Assembly: GCA_031255005.1 (NCBI GenBank)
Contig: JAIRTH010000001.1
Span: forward strand, 768-64,767
Length of the DNA: 64,000 nucleotides
Source: Puniceicoccales bacterium
Lineage (GTDB): Bacteria > Verrucomicrobiota > Verrucomicrobiia > Opitutales > LL51
Direction of reading: 5' to 3'
A model generated the notes under the pieces. That model was given only the letters and a program-made list of their open reading frames with translations, was not told where the DNA came from and ran no database searches. Numbering within the stretch: position 1 is the stretch's first letter; each line of letters begins with the position of its first letter. The position numbers were made by a program, and so were the translations under genes. Shown one piece after another: positions 50,378-59,558 of the stretch.

Positions 50378-51421
50378 ATGAGGTTGTTGCAAAAATTTAA
50401 AAACAACATTGGGAGGATGCTTGGATTTCTATCCCATGACATAGGTATTGATCTTGGCACCGCTAATACCCTGGTTTTTGCCAAGGACCGCGGTATCATA
50501 ATTAGAGAGCCAAGTGTTGTGGCTGTGTATACGAACTCGCGGCGGGTGCGGGCCGTTGGGCTCGATGCGAAGCGCATGTTGGGCCGAACGCCTGGTAATA
50601 TTACTGCCATAAGGCCGATGAAAGATGGCGTCATTGCTGACTTCGATGTCACCGAAGCCATGCTACGCTATTTTATAAATAAGGCATCGCGCAGTGTGAA
50701 GTTTATCCCTCCGCGGGTTGTGGTTGCGGTGCCGTCGGGCATAACCGAGGTAGAGCGTCGGGCTGTGAAGGAGTCCGCCATCCATGCTGGTGCACGGGAT
50801 GTTTTGTTATTGCAAGAGCCTGTGGCAGCGGCAATTGGAGTCGGTTTGCCCATAGATGAACCGGCGGCAAGCATGATCGTTGATATCGGCGGCGGCACCA
50901 CCGAAGTGGCGATTCTATCGCTGAGTGGCGTTGTATTTTCCCAAAGTATCCGCATTGGCGGCGATGAAATTGACGATTCAATCATTGCCTATGTCAAAAA
51001 AATGTACAATTTGGTGATTGGCGAGAGAACGGCCGAAGATATAAAAATTCGGATTGGTTCGGCTGCGCCGCTGGACAATGAGCTTGATATGTTGATCAAG
51101 GGTCGAGATGCCATCATTGGGTTGCCGCGCACCATAAAAATAACTTCAGAAGAGGTCCGCGAAGCCATAACTGGTTCTATCCGAGGGATTGTCGAGATTG
51201 TGAAAACGGCGTTGGAAAAGTGTCCGCCGGAGTTATCGGCGGATTTGGTCGATCGAGGCATAGTTCTCGCCGGAGGTGGATCGATGATTCGGCAATTGAA
51301 TAATGCGATAAGTAATGCAACCGGTTTACCTGTAGTAGTTTCCGATGATCCATTGAGTGCCGTTGCCAACGGAACAGGCACCGTGTTGCAGGATTTAGGT
51401 CTTTGGTTGGACGGAGAGTGA
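50378..51421 (+). CDS. mreB: Rod-shape-determining protein MreB
   Basis: 'IGIDLGTANTLVF', 'EPVAAAIG', 'DIGGGTTEVAI', 'GIVLAGGGS'. Confidence 0.95.
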   Translation: MRLLQKFKNNIGRMLGFLSHDIGIDLGTANTLVFAKDRGIIIREPSVVAVYTNSRRVRAVGLDAKRMLGRTPGNITAIRPMKDGVIADFDVTEAMLRYFINKASRSVKFIPPRVVVAVPSGITEVERRAVKESAIHAGARDVLLLQEPVAAAIGVGLPIDEPAASMIVDIGGGTTEVAILSLSGVVFSQSIRIGGDEIDDSIIAYVKKMYNLVIGERTAEDIKIRIGSAAPLDNELDMLIKGRDAIIGLPRTIKITSEEVREAITGSIRGIVEIVKTALEKCPPELSADLVDRGIVLAGGGSMIRQLNNAISNATGLPVVVSDDPLSAVANGTGTVLQDLGLWLDGE

Positions 51422-52221
51422 GATTCGCGAGGCAGTGCAGTGTCCTGGGAGTTATTGGAATGGGCTGTGTTGGTTGGTGGATCTTTTCGTCTATTATCAA
51501 CTTCGATGTCAATAGTTTGCTGAACGTCAGGACCTGGTCGATTTGCCTGACATCAAAGCTGGATACACTGCTAGATCCGCTTAGAATTCGTCGATTGCCG
51601 AAGGATAAGTTGCTCAATTTAGCGTTAGATTTGTATAGTAAGGATTTGGAGAAGAATGAGTTGAGCGTTAAATGTGCCGAGCTAAAGCTAGAGAATGTCA
51701 GGTTGCGGGAGTTGCTTGGCTTGAAACCTCCATCAAAGCACAAAGTTGTTTATGCCGAAGTGATTCGCCGCGACGCTTCGGCCTGGTGGGATCGACTGTG
51801 GATAAATAAAGGCAAAGCTGATGGACTAAGCATCGGCGATGGAGTGGGTTACATCGGCGGCATTGGTGGAAAAATTTCAGAAATTTTCGAGACCAAGGCA
51901 GTGGTTGAACTTTTGACCAGTCCAAACTTTAGGATAGCTGTTCAGCTGGCCGGAGATTCCAGGCCGTTTATTTACTGTGGGACGAAGCATGTTAGGTTTA
52001 AAAGAGTTGGGAAACTTTCTGATCTGCCTCAGGATTTGTTTGACATCAAAGAGACAAAAGTTGTCAGCAGTGAAATGAGCTCGAAGTTTCCTGGAAATTT
52101 GTTTGTTGGGCGACTGACGAAAAAAATTCATGGCAATGGCATTTATTTTGATGCTGAATGCGAGATTCCTAACTCATTGAAGGACTTGCGTGAAGTAATG
52201 ATTTTTGTAAACCCAAAATAA
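51403..52221 (+). CDS. mreC: Rod-shape-determining protein MreC
   Basis: Follows mreB. TM helix, coiled coil 'ELSVKCAELKLENVRLRELLGLK', beta-rich C-terminal half. Alternative starts are GTG 51418 (GTGA overlap with the mreB stop) or ATG 51460. Confidence 0.75.
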   Translation: MVGRRVRFARQCSVLGVIGMGCVGWWIFSSIINFDVNSLLNVRTWSICLTSKLDTLLDPLRIRRLPKDKLLNLALDLYSKDLEKNELSVKCAELKLENVRLRELLGLKPPSKHKVVYAEVIRRDASAWWDRLWINKGKADGLSIGDGVGYIGGIGGKISEIFETKAVVELLTSPNFRIAVQLAGDSRPFIYCGTKHVRFKRVGKLSDLPQDLFDIKETKVVSSEMSSKFPGNLFVGRLTKKIHGNGIYFDAECEIPNSLKDLREVMIFVNPK

Positions 52222-52222
52222 T

Positions 52223-52687
52223 ATGCTAGGTCCTAGGCAGGGAAATTTTCTTCCGCTTTACGGTGGGTCAGGTGCGAAAAATGGCAAAGTTAAGCAGCAT
52301 TTGTCGATGCTATTTTTTGCTCTGTGGGCAGAAATTTTAGCAAATTTTATGGGGCATAGATTTGGCCTCAGGGCATTTATATTTTGCCCATGGGCCTTTC
52401 AATCTGCCTTCGAAATCTTTGGAAAACCCATAGGAATCCTTACGGCGACGTTGGTCTGTGGTCTCTATGCCAAGGCCATCGGTTTCACCTTCTGGATCGA
52501 TCACTATCTTGCTTCATTACTTACCAATTTATTGTTTCTTATGTGCCCTGTTAGGAAGATGTTAGTGTTTGTTTATATGGTCGCACTTTATCTATTTTCT
52601 GGGCCCTGCGATGGCTGGCTGTTTTTCCTGGATAGCATTTATTCATTTGCAATATTTTCTTTGGTTATGAAACTCGAGAAATCATGA
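52223..52687 (+). CDS. mreD: Probable MreD (small polytopic membrane protein)
   Basis: 154 aa with several hydrophobic helices, immediately downstream of mreC. Called by position and architecture only. Confidence 0.45.
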   Translation: MLGPRQGNFLPLYGGSGAKNGKVKQHLSMLFFALWAEILANFMGHRFGLRAFIFCPWAFQSAFEIFGKPIGILTATLVCGLYAKAIGFTFWIDHYLASLLTNLLFLMCPVRKMLVFVYMVALYLFSGPCDGWLFFLDSIYSFAIFSLVMKLEKS

Positions 52688-53442
52688 ATGTTGCTCTGGA
52701 AGAGATTGTAAGTTATTGTAATAAAAGGCTTAGCATCGATGGTATGTTCGACTATCCCAATGCATTTAATGGTTTGCAGTTCGGGAATTCAGGGAAAATT
52801 TCTAAAGTGGCATCCGCTGTCGATGGCTCGTTGGAATCGATTCGCCTGGCCAGAGATGTCGGAGCAAACCTATTAATGGTGCACCACGGGCTATTCTGGG
52901 GTAAATCCATACCGGTGATTGATGAGGTTTATGTCAAATATAAGGTCTTAATGGACAATGATATAGCTGTTTATAGTGCTCATTTACCGCTGGATGCTCA
53001 CCAGGAGATTGGCAATAACGTCCTACTGGCCAATGAACTAGGCCTGAAAGTTTCAAGCTTCGAGAATCTAGGTTTTCATGATGTGAAAATTGCTGCTGTT
53101 GTAAATGAACAAATTGATCGAGAAGAGCTTGCGCATAGGCTGGCAAATAAATTTAAATCGATGGTTAGCCTGGAATTTGGGCCGAAGACAGTGAGGAAAT
53201 TGGCGATAATTTCCGGTGGCGGAGGTCAGGCTATCCCGTCTTTGCGCAGTCTAGGCATCGACACATTTATCACTGGAGAATGTAGACAACACAGCTATTC
53301 TGAGGCCTATGAGCACGACTTAAATGTTTATGTATGTGGACATTACGCTACAGAACGATGGGGGATTATAGCCCTGGCCGATGAGCTATGCAGTGCATTT
53401 TCTCTGCCCCATGTTTTTGTGGAAACTTCCTGTCCGCTGTGA
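52684..53442 (+). CDS. Nif3-family dinuclear-metal protein (GTP cyclohydrolase 1 type 2 homologue)
   Basis: 'NGLQFGN', 'ANLLMVHHGLFW', 'VYSAHLPLDAH', 'CGHYATERWG'. ATGA overlap with the preceding gene. Confidence 0.85.
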   Translation: MNVALEEIVSYCNKRLSIDGMFDYPNAFNGLQFGNSGKISKVASAVDGSLESIRLARDVGANLLMVHHGLFWGKSIPVIDEVYVKYKVLMDNDIAVYSAHLPLDAHQEIGNNVLLANELGLKVSSFENLGFHDVKIAAVVNEQIDREELAHRLANKFKSMVSLEFGPKTVRKLAIISGGGGQAIPSLRSLGIDTFITGECRQHSYSEAYEHDLNVYVCGHYATERWGIIALADELCSAFSLPHVFVETSCPL

Positions 53443-53445
53443 AAT

Positions 53446-54360
53446 CTAATTATATGTGAATGTGTTTTGTTTCTTATTTCTCAGCAAAAAATTCCTTATG
53501 GTCGTCATTCCCAAAGCCTTAGAGTCTTCTAACACGTAGTGACCGCAGTCATTTAATTTTATCACATGAGGATCCTCAAACGCATCTATCCAGGTTTGTA
53601 AAAAGGATTCGGTGAAACAGAAATCTTGCAGGCCCCATAGGATAAGCGATTTCTTTTTTCGTAGTAAATGAAGATTTTGGCTTATTTTCATCAATGTGGC
53701 CCAGGATCTGTGGTTAGGATCCATTGGTATGTCTTGCACAAACCGCAACGTGGCAATCCGATTGGCTTTGGAATTATATGGATAGAGATAACATTTGCGG
53801 ACTTCGCTGGTTACCGGATACCTAAGAGACATATAGCTTGATCCAATGGCAAATAGGTTAAACCTAAGTATGAGAAATTTTGCGAGCCATGATGTTCTGC
53901 AAAAATTTATTCTTTTCGGTATCTCCTTGGACGGGAACGCTGCTCCATTCATTATTGTGATGGTTTCAATGCGTTCTGGCCATCTTTCAGCAATCGCCAT
54001 GCCTATGGCACAACCCCAATCATGCATCACCAAATGAAATTTATCAAAATTTAGACTTTCCGTAAGATCGCAGGCATTGCGTATGTGATTATCTAAGCAA
54101 TAGTCATATTTTTGTGGCTTATCGGATAATCCGCAGCCCAGGTGATCAAAGGCAACGCACCGAAAGCTACTATGCATGGTTTTTACTAACTCTCGGAAAT
54201 AGAAAGACCAAGTAGGATTTCCATGGAGCATCAATACTCCCTCACCTCGGCCCTCATCCACATAGTGCAGTCTGTGTCCATTCTCATTGACAAAAAAATT
54301 ATTATAAAAGGGATATTCCTCTTTTAAATACTTTGGTAAATTTAATTCAAACATTTTCAT
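53446..54360 (-). CDS. Alpha/beta hydrolase, haloalkane-dehalogenase-like
   Basis: 'LMLHGNPTWSFYFR' and the nucleophile-elbow 'LVMHDWGCAIG'. Confidence 0.7.
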   Translation of the reverse strand: MKMFELNLPKYLKEEYPFYNNFFVNENGHRLHYVDEGRGEGVLMLHGNPTWSFYFRELVKTMHSSFRCVAFDHLGCGLSDKPQKYDYCLDNHIRNACDLTESLNFDKFHLVMHDWGCAIGMAIAERWPERIETITIMNGAAFPSKEIPKRINFCRTSWLAKFLILRFNLFAIGSSYMSLRYPVTSEVRKCYLYPYNSKANRIATLRFVQDIPMDPNHRSWATLMKISQNLHLLRKKKSLILWGLQDFCFTESFLQTWIDAFEDPHVIKLNDCGHYVLEDSKALGMTTIRNFLLRNKKQNTFTYN

Positions 54361-54371
54361 AATTTATGTAA

Positions 54372-55046
54372 TTAACCAGTGAAATAAAATAATATATCTC
54401 CGGCAAAACCGACGATCATACTGCTTATATAAATAATGTGCCAAAATATGTAATTTATGATATGGCCGAAAAGAATACGAAACTGTTGCATGTTCACCAA
54501 TATAAACAAGGCCAAGTAAGACCAGTGAGCTACAATAATAAATGTTTCTTCTCGCATATTTATTAGATATCTAAGTAAATGTGAACCATCCAGTGGTGGC
54601 AAGGGTAAAAGATTAAAAACTGCTATGGATATGTTGATTATAATGGCAAACTCGAGTAATTCTCCAAGATTGGAATTGTACCTCATCATAGGCAAACAGC
54701 TGATAATCGCGAGAAAAATGGCAGTAATGAGGTTAGACAATGGTCCGGCCAAGCTGGTGCATATATCCCCCAATGCTCGGTGTTTAAAGTTATAAATATT
54801 TACTGGCACCGCTTTTCCCCAACCAATGATAGATATGCCGTTGGGAACCATCACCATGAGCAATGGGATGAAAACACTGCCAATCCAGTCCAGGTGTGCA
54901 ATTGGATTTAATGTAAGCCGACCATAGTCCTTAGCTGTGTGGTCACCAAACAAATAGGCAACCAAAGCATGAGAAAATTCATGAATACTATTGGATAAAA
55001 TAAACAGCAAATAACAGGCGATTGATTGCTGTATAGAAAAATTCAT
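54372..55046 (-). CDS. M50-family (site-2 protease-like) membrane metalloprotease
   Basis: 'HEFSHALVA' (HExxH) and 'NLLPLPPLDGSHLL'. Polytopic. Confidence 0.85.
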   Translation of the reverse strand: MNFSIQQSIACYLLFILSNSIHEFSHALVAYLFGDHTAKDYGRLTLNPIAHLDWIGSVFIPLLMVMVPNGISIIGWGKAVPVNIYNFKHRALGDICTSLAGPLSNLITAIFLAIISCLPMMRYNSNLGELLEFAIIINISIAVFNLLPLPPLDGSHLLRYLINMREETFIIVAHWSYLALFILVNMQQFRILFGHIINYIFWHIIYISSMIVGFAGDILFYFTG

Positions 55047-55223
55047 CTATTCCTATGGAACTGATGATTCATTAAAAATCAACAATAACTTACAGTTTTG
55101 GTCTTTTAATGTAAAAAATTCTACGAATAGGTGTTATTTTTCTGGTAATCAATCATTGTTATCCTCATTCTCAGAGACACTATCGGTTGAATCTTTTTTC
55201 TTTGTAAATATCTGAAATGATGG

Positions 55224-56279
55224 CTAGTTATTTATTGTACATTTAGAGCTATCTTTACAGCTATCATCGGTATAGATATTTGGTGATTCCTCTTCGTCAT
55301 TGCCTTCCATGTAGTTGCTATCTTCATCGCCGAAATTCTCATCGGATGTGCTATTATTGGCACTGCCTTCGCTATCTTCGGCATTCAGCCATTGGGTAAT
55401 CTTATTAATGGCACAATTAAAGATTTCTTGAACATCAGCATTTGTAGTGGAAGGTAGACAGAGTATAAGATCATAGAGTTCATAATGAACGATAATACTA
55501 ATTATTTTTCCAATAAATTTCACCAATACACCTATGTCCGGCGCTTCAGAAAAATTTAGTATATCAATGGAATTTGGCGTTTCGGCAGAATTTGGCGTTT
55601 CGGCAGAATTTATGGCATAAACAATCTGATAAATTGACCATGTAATCACTGCAGGACATCTATATTCTGGATCAAATATTCCGAGCGTTCCTGTATCCTC
55701 GCCTTCGGTTTCATTACTCGATAGATTGATCAATTGTGATCTTAATAATGCTGCAGGTATATGTAATTTATTCATAAAACGATTCATAAAATTTTTCCAT
55801 TTTTCAGATATTAAATTATATTCTTCGATTAACCAGTTTGTTACATTAGGATCATAGCGACAGCAAATTTCGTTCCATATGTAAAAAAGACGCAGCACAT
55901 CTTTACAAATTGCAGTATCATTACTGACTAAGGTAGTGCTATTAATGCTATTGTTAATATTATTTTCTATTTTATCGAATAAGTTTTTGAGGAAACCAAT
56001 ATTTCGTGAATTTAAGGCGGATTTGGTAATACTTTTTATAATGATTTCGAGAGAAATATATTCATTGTCATGGGATAAATAGAACTGCTGGTGGCCGATG
56101 GGGATATTATATTTTTGCTTATCCAGTAAATTTTCGAAAATGGACAATTCGGTTGTCGCAGTTTCTTGTTCCTGAGATTCTCCTTTGTCATCGGCATTAT
56201 CGCCACCATGACTATTAATAAACAAGCCGCCAAATAAAATTTGGCAGCTAAGAACACTAGTTAAAACTATTTTTTTCAC
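55224..56279 (-). CDS. Hypothetical secreted protein with acidic termini (ORFan)
   Basis: Signal-peptide-like 'MKKIVLTSVLSCQILFGGLFINSHG', AETPNS x2 repeat, acidic C-terminus 'DENFGDEDSNYMEGNDEEE'. No family recognised. Confidence 0.6.
   Translation of the reverse strand: MKKIVLTSVLSCQILFGGLFINSHGGDNADDKGESQEQETATTELSIFENLLDKQKYNIPIGHQQFYLSHDNEYISLEIIIKSITKSALNSRNIGFLKNLFDKIENNINNSINSTTLVSNDTAICKDVLRLFYIWNEICCRYDPNVTNWLIEEYNLISEKWKNFMNRFMNKLHIPAALLRSQLINLSSNETEGEDTGTLGIFDPEYRCPAVITWSIYQIVYAINSAETPNSAETPNSIDILNFSEAPDIGVLVKFIGKIISIIVHYELYDLILCLPSTTNADVQEIFNCAINKITQWLNAEDSEGSANNSTSDENFGDEDSNYMEGNDEEESPNIYTDDSCKDSSKCTINN
55570..55611. repeat. 18-bp tandem repeat (2.3 copies) inside the 351-aa gene
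   Basis: gaatttggcgtttcggca x2 plus a partial copy. Encodes AETPNS AETPNS. Confidence 0.9.
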
Positions 56280-56288
56280 GATAATTTA

Positions 56289-57314
56289 TTAATCCTGAGG
56301 CCCATCAGCTTGAATGGAACTATTTTCAAGCGAAGTATCTTTCAAATCATTATATATTTCATAAAATGTTTTTCCAGAATCGGTTTTTTTGGCTTCGATA
56401 AAGAATGCTTTATTTTTAGCTGACTTTTCGATTTTTTCGTGTATTTCTTCCATATTTTGTAATATTTTACATAAATCTTCATCTGATGCATTTTTATTAT
56501 AGGTAAATTTATTCAACCAATCTATACAATACAACAGCATCTGATTATCGTTTAAAGAAGTTGTTTCATTGGCAGCTTTATTCAGCCAGAATGATATGAG
56601 CTCAAAGATGGAAACTAATTTGTTTTTAGGATCTGATAAAAATTCATTCAATATTGGTATAATATTTTTGCACGTATCTTTAAAATTATCATCAGCATAT
56701 TTGATTACATTGGCACCATTTATTAAATCCATTATTAAACATGCATAGCCACCAATTTTAGCTATCTGCCCATCGTCTAAATTCTCCATTGTGCATAGTT
56801 TTTCTAATTTTTGGAGCACATCGAGAATGATATGTAACACACTTAGTACCACATTTTTATCCGAATTTTTGTCGTCTATTTTATTTTTAATTTCTTCCAC
56901 GAGAGCAGAAACGTTTTCAATGTAGGCATTCACATCATTTATAGACGTTTCATCATTATCTGTAAGTTCTTCGATCTGAGTATTCCGATCTAAATCTAGT
57001 GCTTCTGCTGATAAATCTAATGCTTCTGCTGATACAGCCTGTGCGGCATTTAATTCTCCTTGATTTTCAGCGACTTCATCCGATGCGGCATTCAGTTCTC
57101 TTTGATTTTCAGCGGCTTCATTTTCAATTGGTTGTACCACTATTTCTATGATCATTTCTTCATTTACTTGTCTTCGAACAGTTGATTCAGTATCATTGCC
57201 TTCTATTATATTAATATTATTTATATAATCTTTTGCAGATAAATTCCATGGTAGAAATGAAGAGCACAGTGTCCCAACCAAAGCCAATCTTTTTATAATA
57301 ATTTCATTTTTCAT
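56289..57314 (-). CDS. Hypothetical secreted protein with acidic repeat region (ORFan)
   Basis: Signal-peptide-like 'MKNEIIIKRLALVGTLCSSFLPWNLSA'. Repeats 'AENQ(R/G)ELNAA' and 'SAEALDL' x2. No family recognised. Confidence 0.6.
   Translation of the reverse strand: MKNEIIIKRLALVGTLCSSFLPWNLSAKDYINNINIIEGNDTESTVRRQVNEEMIIEIVVQPIENEAAENQRELNAASDEVAENQGELNAAQAVSAEALDLSAEALDLDRNTQIEELTDNDETSINDVNAYIENVSALVEEIKNKIDDKNSDKNVVLSVLHIILDVLQKLEKLCTMENLDDGQIAKIGGYACLIMDLINGANVIKYADDNFKDTCKNIIPILNEFLSDPKNKLVSIFELISFWLNKAANETTSLNDNQMLLYCIDWLNKFTYNKNASDEDLCKILQNMEEIHEKIEKSAKNKAFFIEAKKTDSGKTFYEIYNDLKDTSLENSSIQADGPQD
56991..57032. repeat. 21-bp tandem duplication inside the 341-aa gene
   Basis: taaatcta[g/a]tgcttctgctga x2. 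Encodes SAEALDL twice. Confidence 0.9.
57042..57125. repeat. 42-bp imperfect tandem duplication inside the 341-aa gene
   Basis: tgcggcatttaattctccttgattttcagcgacttcatccga versus tgcggcattcagttctctttgattttcagcggcttcatt... Encodes two 14-aa AENQxELNAA units. Confidence 0.8.
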
Positions 57315-57453
57315 AAGTCGTCTCCTATTTTTGCGTTATATCGACGAACGTCAAGCCTATGATTTATGTTTTTTTTACAATTATATAAAATTCAAGTTTG
57401 TAGACCTTTACCATTGACAATTATTTTAGCTTTTATGCACTAAATGGTGTTTT

Positions 57454-57530
57454 GGGGGATTAGCTCAGCTGGTTAGAGCATCTGCTTCACACGCAGGGGG
57501 TCGGTGGTTCGAGTCCACTATCTCCCACCA
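57454..57530 (+). tRNA. tRNA-Val (anticodon CAC)
   Basis: GGGGGATTAGCTCAGCTGGTTAGAGCATCTGCTTCACACGCAGGGGGTCGGTGGTTCGAGTCCACTATCTCCCACCA. Anticodon stem TCTGC/GCAGG, loop TTCACAC. Confidence 0.9.
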
Positions 57531-57666
57531 GTGTGATGAATTTTGTAAAAAAAGTAAAATTCAATGTATTTGTCCTTGGTCAGCCTCTCAAATTCTTTGC
57601 TAAATTGATTGTTTTTGTTGCTAGGCTTTAGCTTTTCCTGTCCACAGCATTGGTGCTAAAAATTGC

Positions 57667-58152
57667 TTATTTATTGATTTTTGATGAAGTGGGTATCAAT
57701 TTTTTAGCTCTGGTTTTATTCGTAGATGGTTTTCTGCGGCTATCCAATTTGAGGAAGGAAGTTTTCTTTGGCGAGGATTTTTTTCTAACTTGTGGTTTTT
57801 TAGGGTTTTGATAGCTATGTTCTTGAGAATAAAATGGATCTGGCAAAAAGCCCACTTCATCAATTTCTTCGGCAACTTCGTCGATGATGCAATCATTATC
57901 TATTCTATTGTAATAGTGGTGTAGCTCAAGAAATGGCCAATGGATTCTATCATTATTATTATAATCGCTGATTTTCATGCATTCGCGATAGGCCAGGATT
58001 AATATGGTGGCTGCATTTCTTGCCGTGGTTTGCTTCTTTGCAGAGAGATATGCATTGGCCATGTTTTTTCTATTTTTCACGGAATAAACAGTGCTGTCGA
58101 ATTCGAAGGCGGAAATCATTGGGCATAGAACAGCCATTACCAATATTGCCAA
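57667..58152 (-). CDS. Small signal-peptide protein with Lys/Arg-rich tail, paralog 1 of a local family
   Basis: Shares 'F(E)F...Y..K......Y....KQ.T..NAAT.L....RE' and 'I.EVA..I' with the next two loci. The frame stays open upstream to 58191 but has ATA where the paralogs have ATG. Confidence 0.55.
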   Translation of the reverse strand: MAILVMAVLCPMISAFEFDSTVYSVKNRKNMANAYLSAKKQTTARNAATILILAYRECMKISDYNNNDRIHWPFLELHHYYNRIDNDCIIDEVAEEIDEVGFLPDPFYSQEHSYQNPKKPQVRKKSSPKKTSFLKLDSRRKPSTNKTRAKKLIPTSSKINK

Positions 58153-58259
58153 AACGCTCAGCAGCTTAGTTATAATTGAGTGTAATTTTATTGCTCCATT
58201 GGGTCAATGCCATTAATGCAGGTATGAATAATACAGTGGGCTTTGGTGAGAATTTTTTT

Positions 58260-58781
58260 TTAATCATTAATTAACAATTTATTCATAACATATAGTATAT
58301 CTTCGCTTTGCAGTACTTCTTTTTCATTATTTTTTTCCTTTTGGTGTATTTTTTTCTGTTTAAGTAATCTCTTTTTTTTGTTTCTATTTTTTGCCATGGC
58401 CTTCTGTTGGGCGGTGGCACTTTCATTTTCATAAAAATTATCCTGTTGATCGAGCATGAATTCACTTTTTTCTATTTTTTTAGCAACTTCGTAGATAACA
58501 TTATTGGAATATAAGGAATTGAAATAATCATTTTGGTTAAGAAACTTAAATTTACCATGCCTAGTGGATCTATTGTTATTGGCTTGTGTGTATTCACGGA
58601 AGCCGAAGACCAGCAAGGTGGCTGCATTTTTTGATGTCTTTTGTTTGCTGGCTATTTTGTATAGGTCATACATGTCTTTCATGCATTTAATATTGTAAGT
58701 TTTTCCATAAAATTCGAATCCGGAGGCAGATAGACTGATGCTTATCAATCCTAATATACTTATTATTAATGTTTTATTCAT
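58260..58781 (-). CDS. Small signal-peptide protein with Lys-rich tail, paralog 2
   Basis: 'MNKTLIISILGLISISLSASG' signal peptide, conserved core 'KNAATLLVFGFREY' and 'VIYEVAKKIEKSEF', tail 'KNRNKKKRLLKQKKIHQKEK'. Confidence 0.6.
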   Translation of the reverse strand: MNKTLIISILGLISISLSASGFEFYGKTYNIKCMKDMYDLYKIASKQKTSKNAATLLVFGFREYTQANNNRSTRHGKFKFLNQNDYFNSLYSNNVIYEVAKKIEKSEFMLDQQDNFYENESATAQQKAMAKNRNKKKRLLKQKKIHQKEKNNEKEVLQSEDILYVMNKLLIND

Positions 58782-58872
58782 ATTTTTTTAACAATTTAAT
58801 ATGAATCAAATGTCAAATTTTTTAGCCATTATTTTTGGCTGTGGCAGATAACTTATATCCGCTTTGTAATTT

Positions 58873-59339
58873 TTATTCTTCGATTCCATTTTTTTTCTTA
58901 CATTCTTTCTTTGGTTTACGCAATGGCGCTTTTTTTATGTTTTTCGTCCTAACTCTAGTTTTGGTAGTGATATTTTCATCCATATCGCTATCTTTTTTTT
59001 GATTGATAATAAAATTTTCTTTCTTCATTTTTTCCATAACCTCATTTATGCCTTTTCATCAGCCATTATACAATGATCATCGTCATTATGAAGATCAAGG
59101 AAAGGCAATGATTTTACATTAAAAATTTTGTAGTCGACGGCCTTCATGTATTCTCAATGGGCCAAAATTAGCATGGTGGATGCATCCTTTGTGCTGCTTT
59201 GGCTATGGGCAATTTCGTACATATACTGCATGTTGCCTATGGTTTTAACTTTGTAAGCGATGCCATTAGGTCTGAATATGAAGGTAGATAGATGGATGCT
59301 CATTAGGCCTAATATGCTTATTGTTAATAATTTGTTCAT
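58873..59339 (-). pseudogene. Decayed paralog 3 of the small secreted family (in-frame TGA plus a frame change)
   Basis: 'MNKLLTISILGLMSIHLS...STMLILAH' stops at TGA (59156-59154), where paralog 1 has Arg ('LILAYRECMK' versus 'LILAH*EYMK'). Homology continues ('LPFLDLHN') to a second stop at 59048-59046, then resumes in another frame ('INEVMEKMKKENF...KKAPLRKPKKECKKK'). Confidence 0.75.
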
Positions 59340-59558
59340 GATTTTTGTTTATTTGGCCTATGAAATTGCTAGATCAATGGCATTTGTGTTATTTGGGCCA
59401 ATGGATTACGTTTTTTTATAGATTCAATGCTAGAGAGTTAAGTTTGTAGTCCTAGGTTTTTTACATTTACATCAGGACGCTTGGCCGCAAAATAAATTGT
59501 GGTATTTCCATGTTTTTTAATTGAAGAAGATTTGAATTTAGCCAGTGGATTATTCGCT

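Noticed and set aside
57414-57419. Perfect TTGACA 34 nt upstream of tRNA-Val as its promoter
   Set aside because: No acceptable -10 hexamer lies at 16-19 nt spacing (the best candidate, CTAAAT, is 20 nt away), so I did not list it as a feature.
59154-59156. In-frame TGA in paralog 3 as possible recoding (TGA=Trp or selenocysteine) rather than a nonsense mutation
   Set aside because: TGA is used as a genuine stop by well-supported genes in this window (the FliN-like gene at 195-197, fabF at 48200-48202, mreB at 51419-51421). The aligned residue in the paralog is Arg, not Trp or Cys. A second stop and a frame change follow, which fits a pseudogene.
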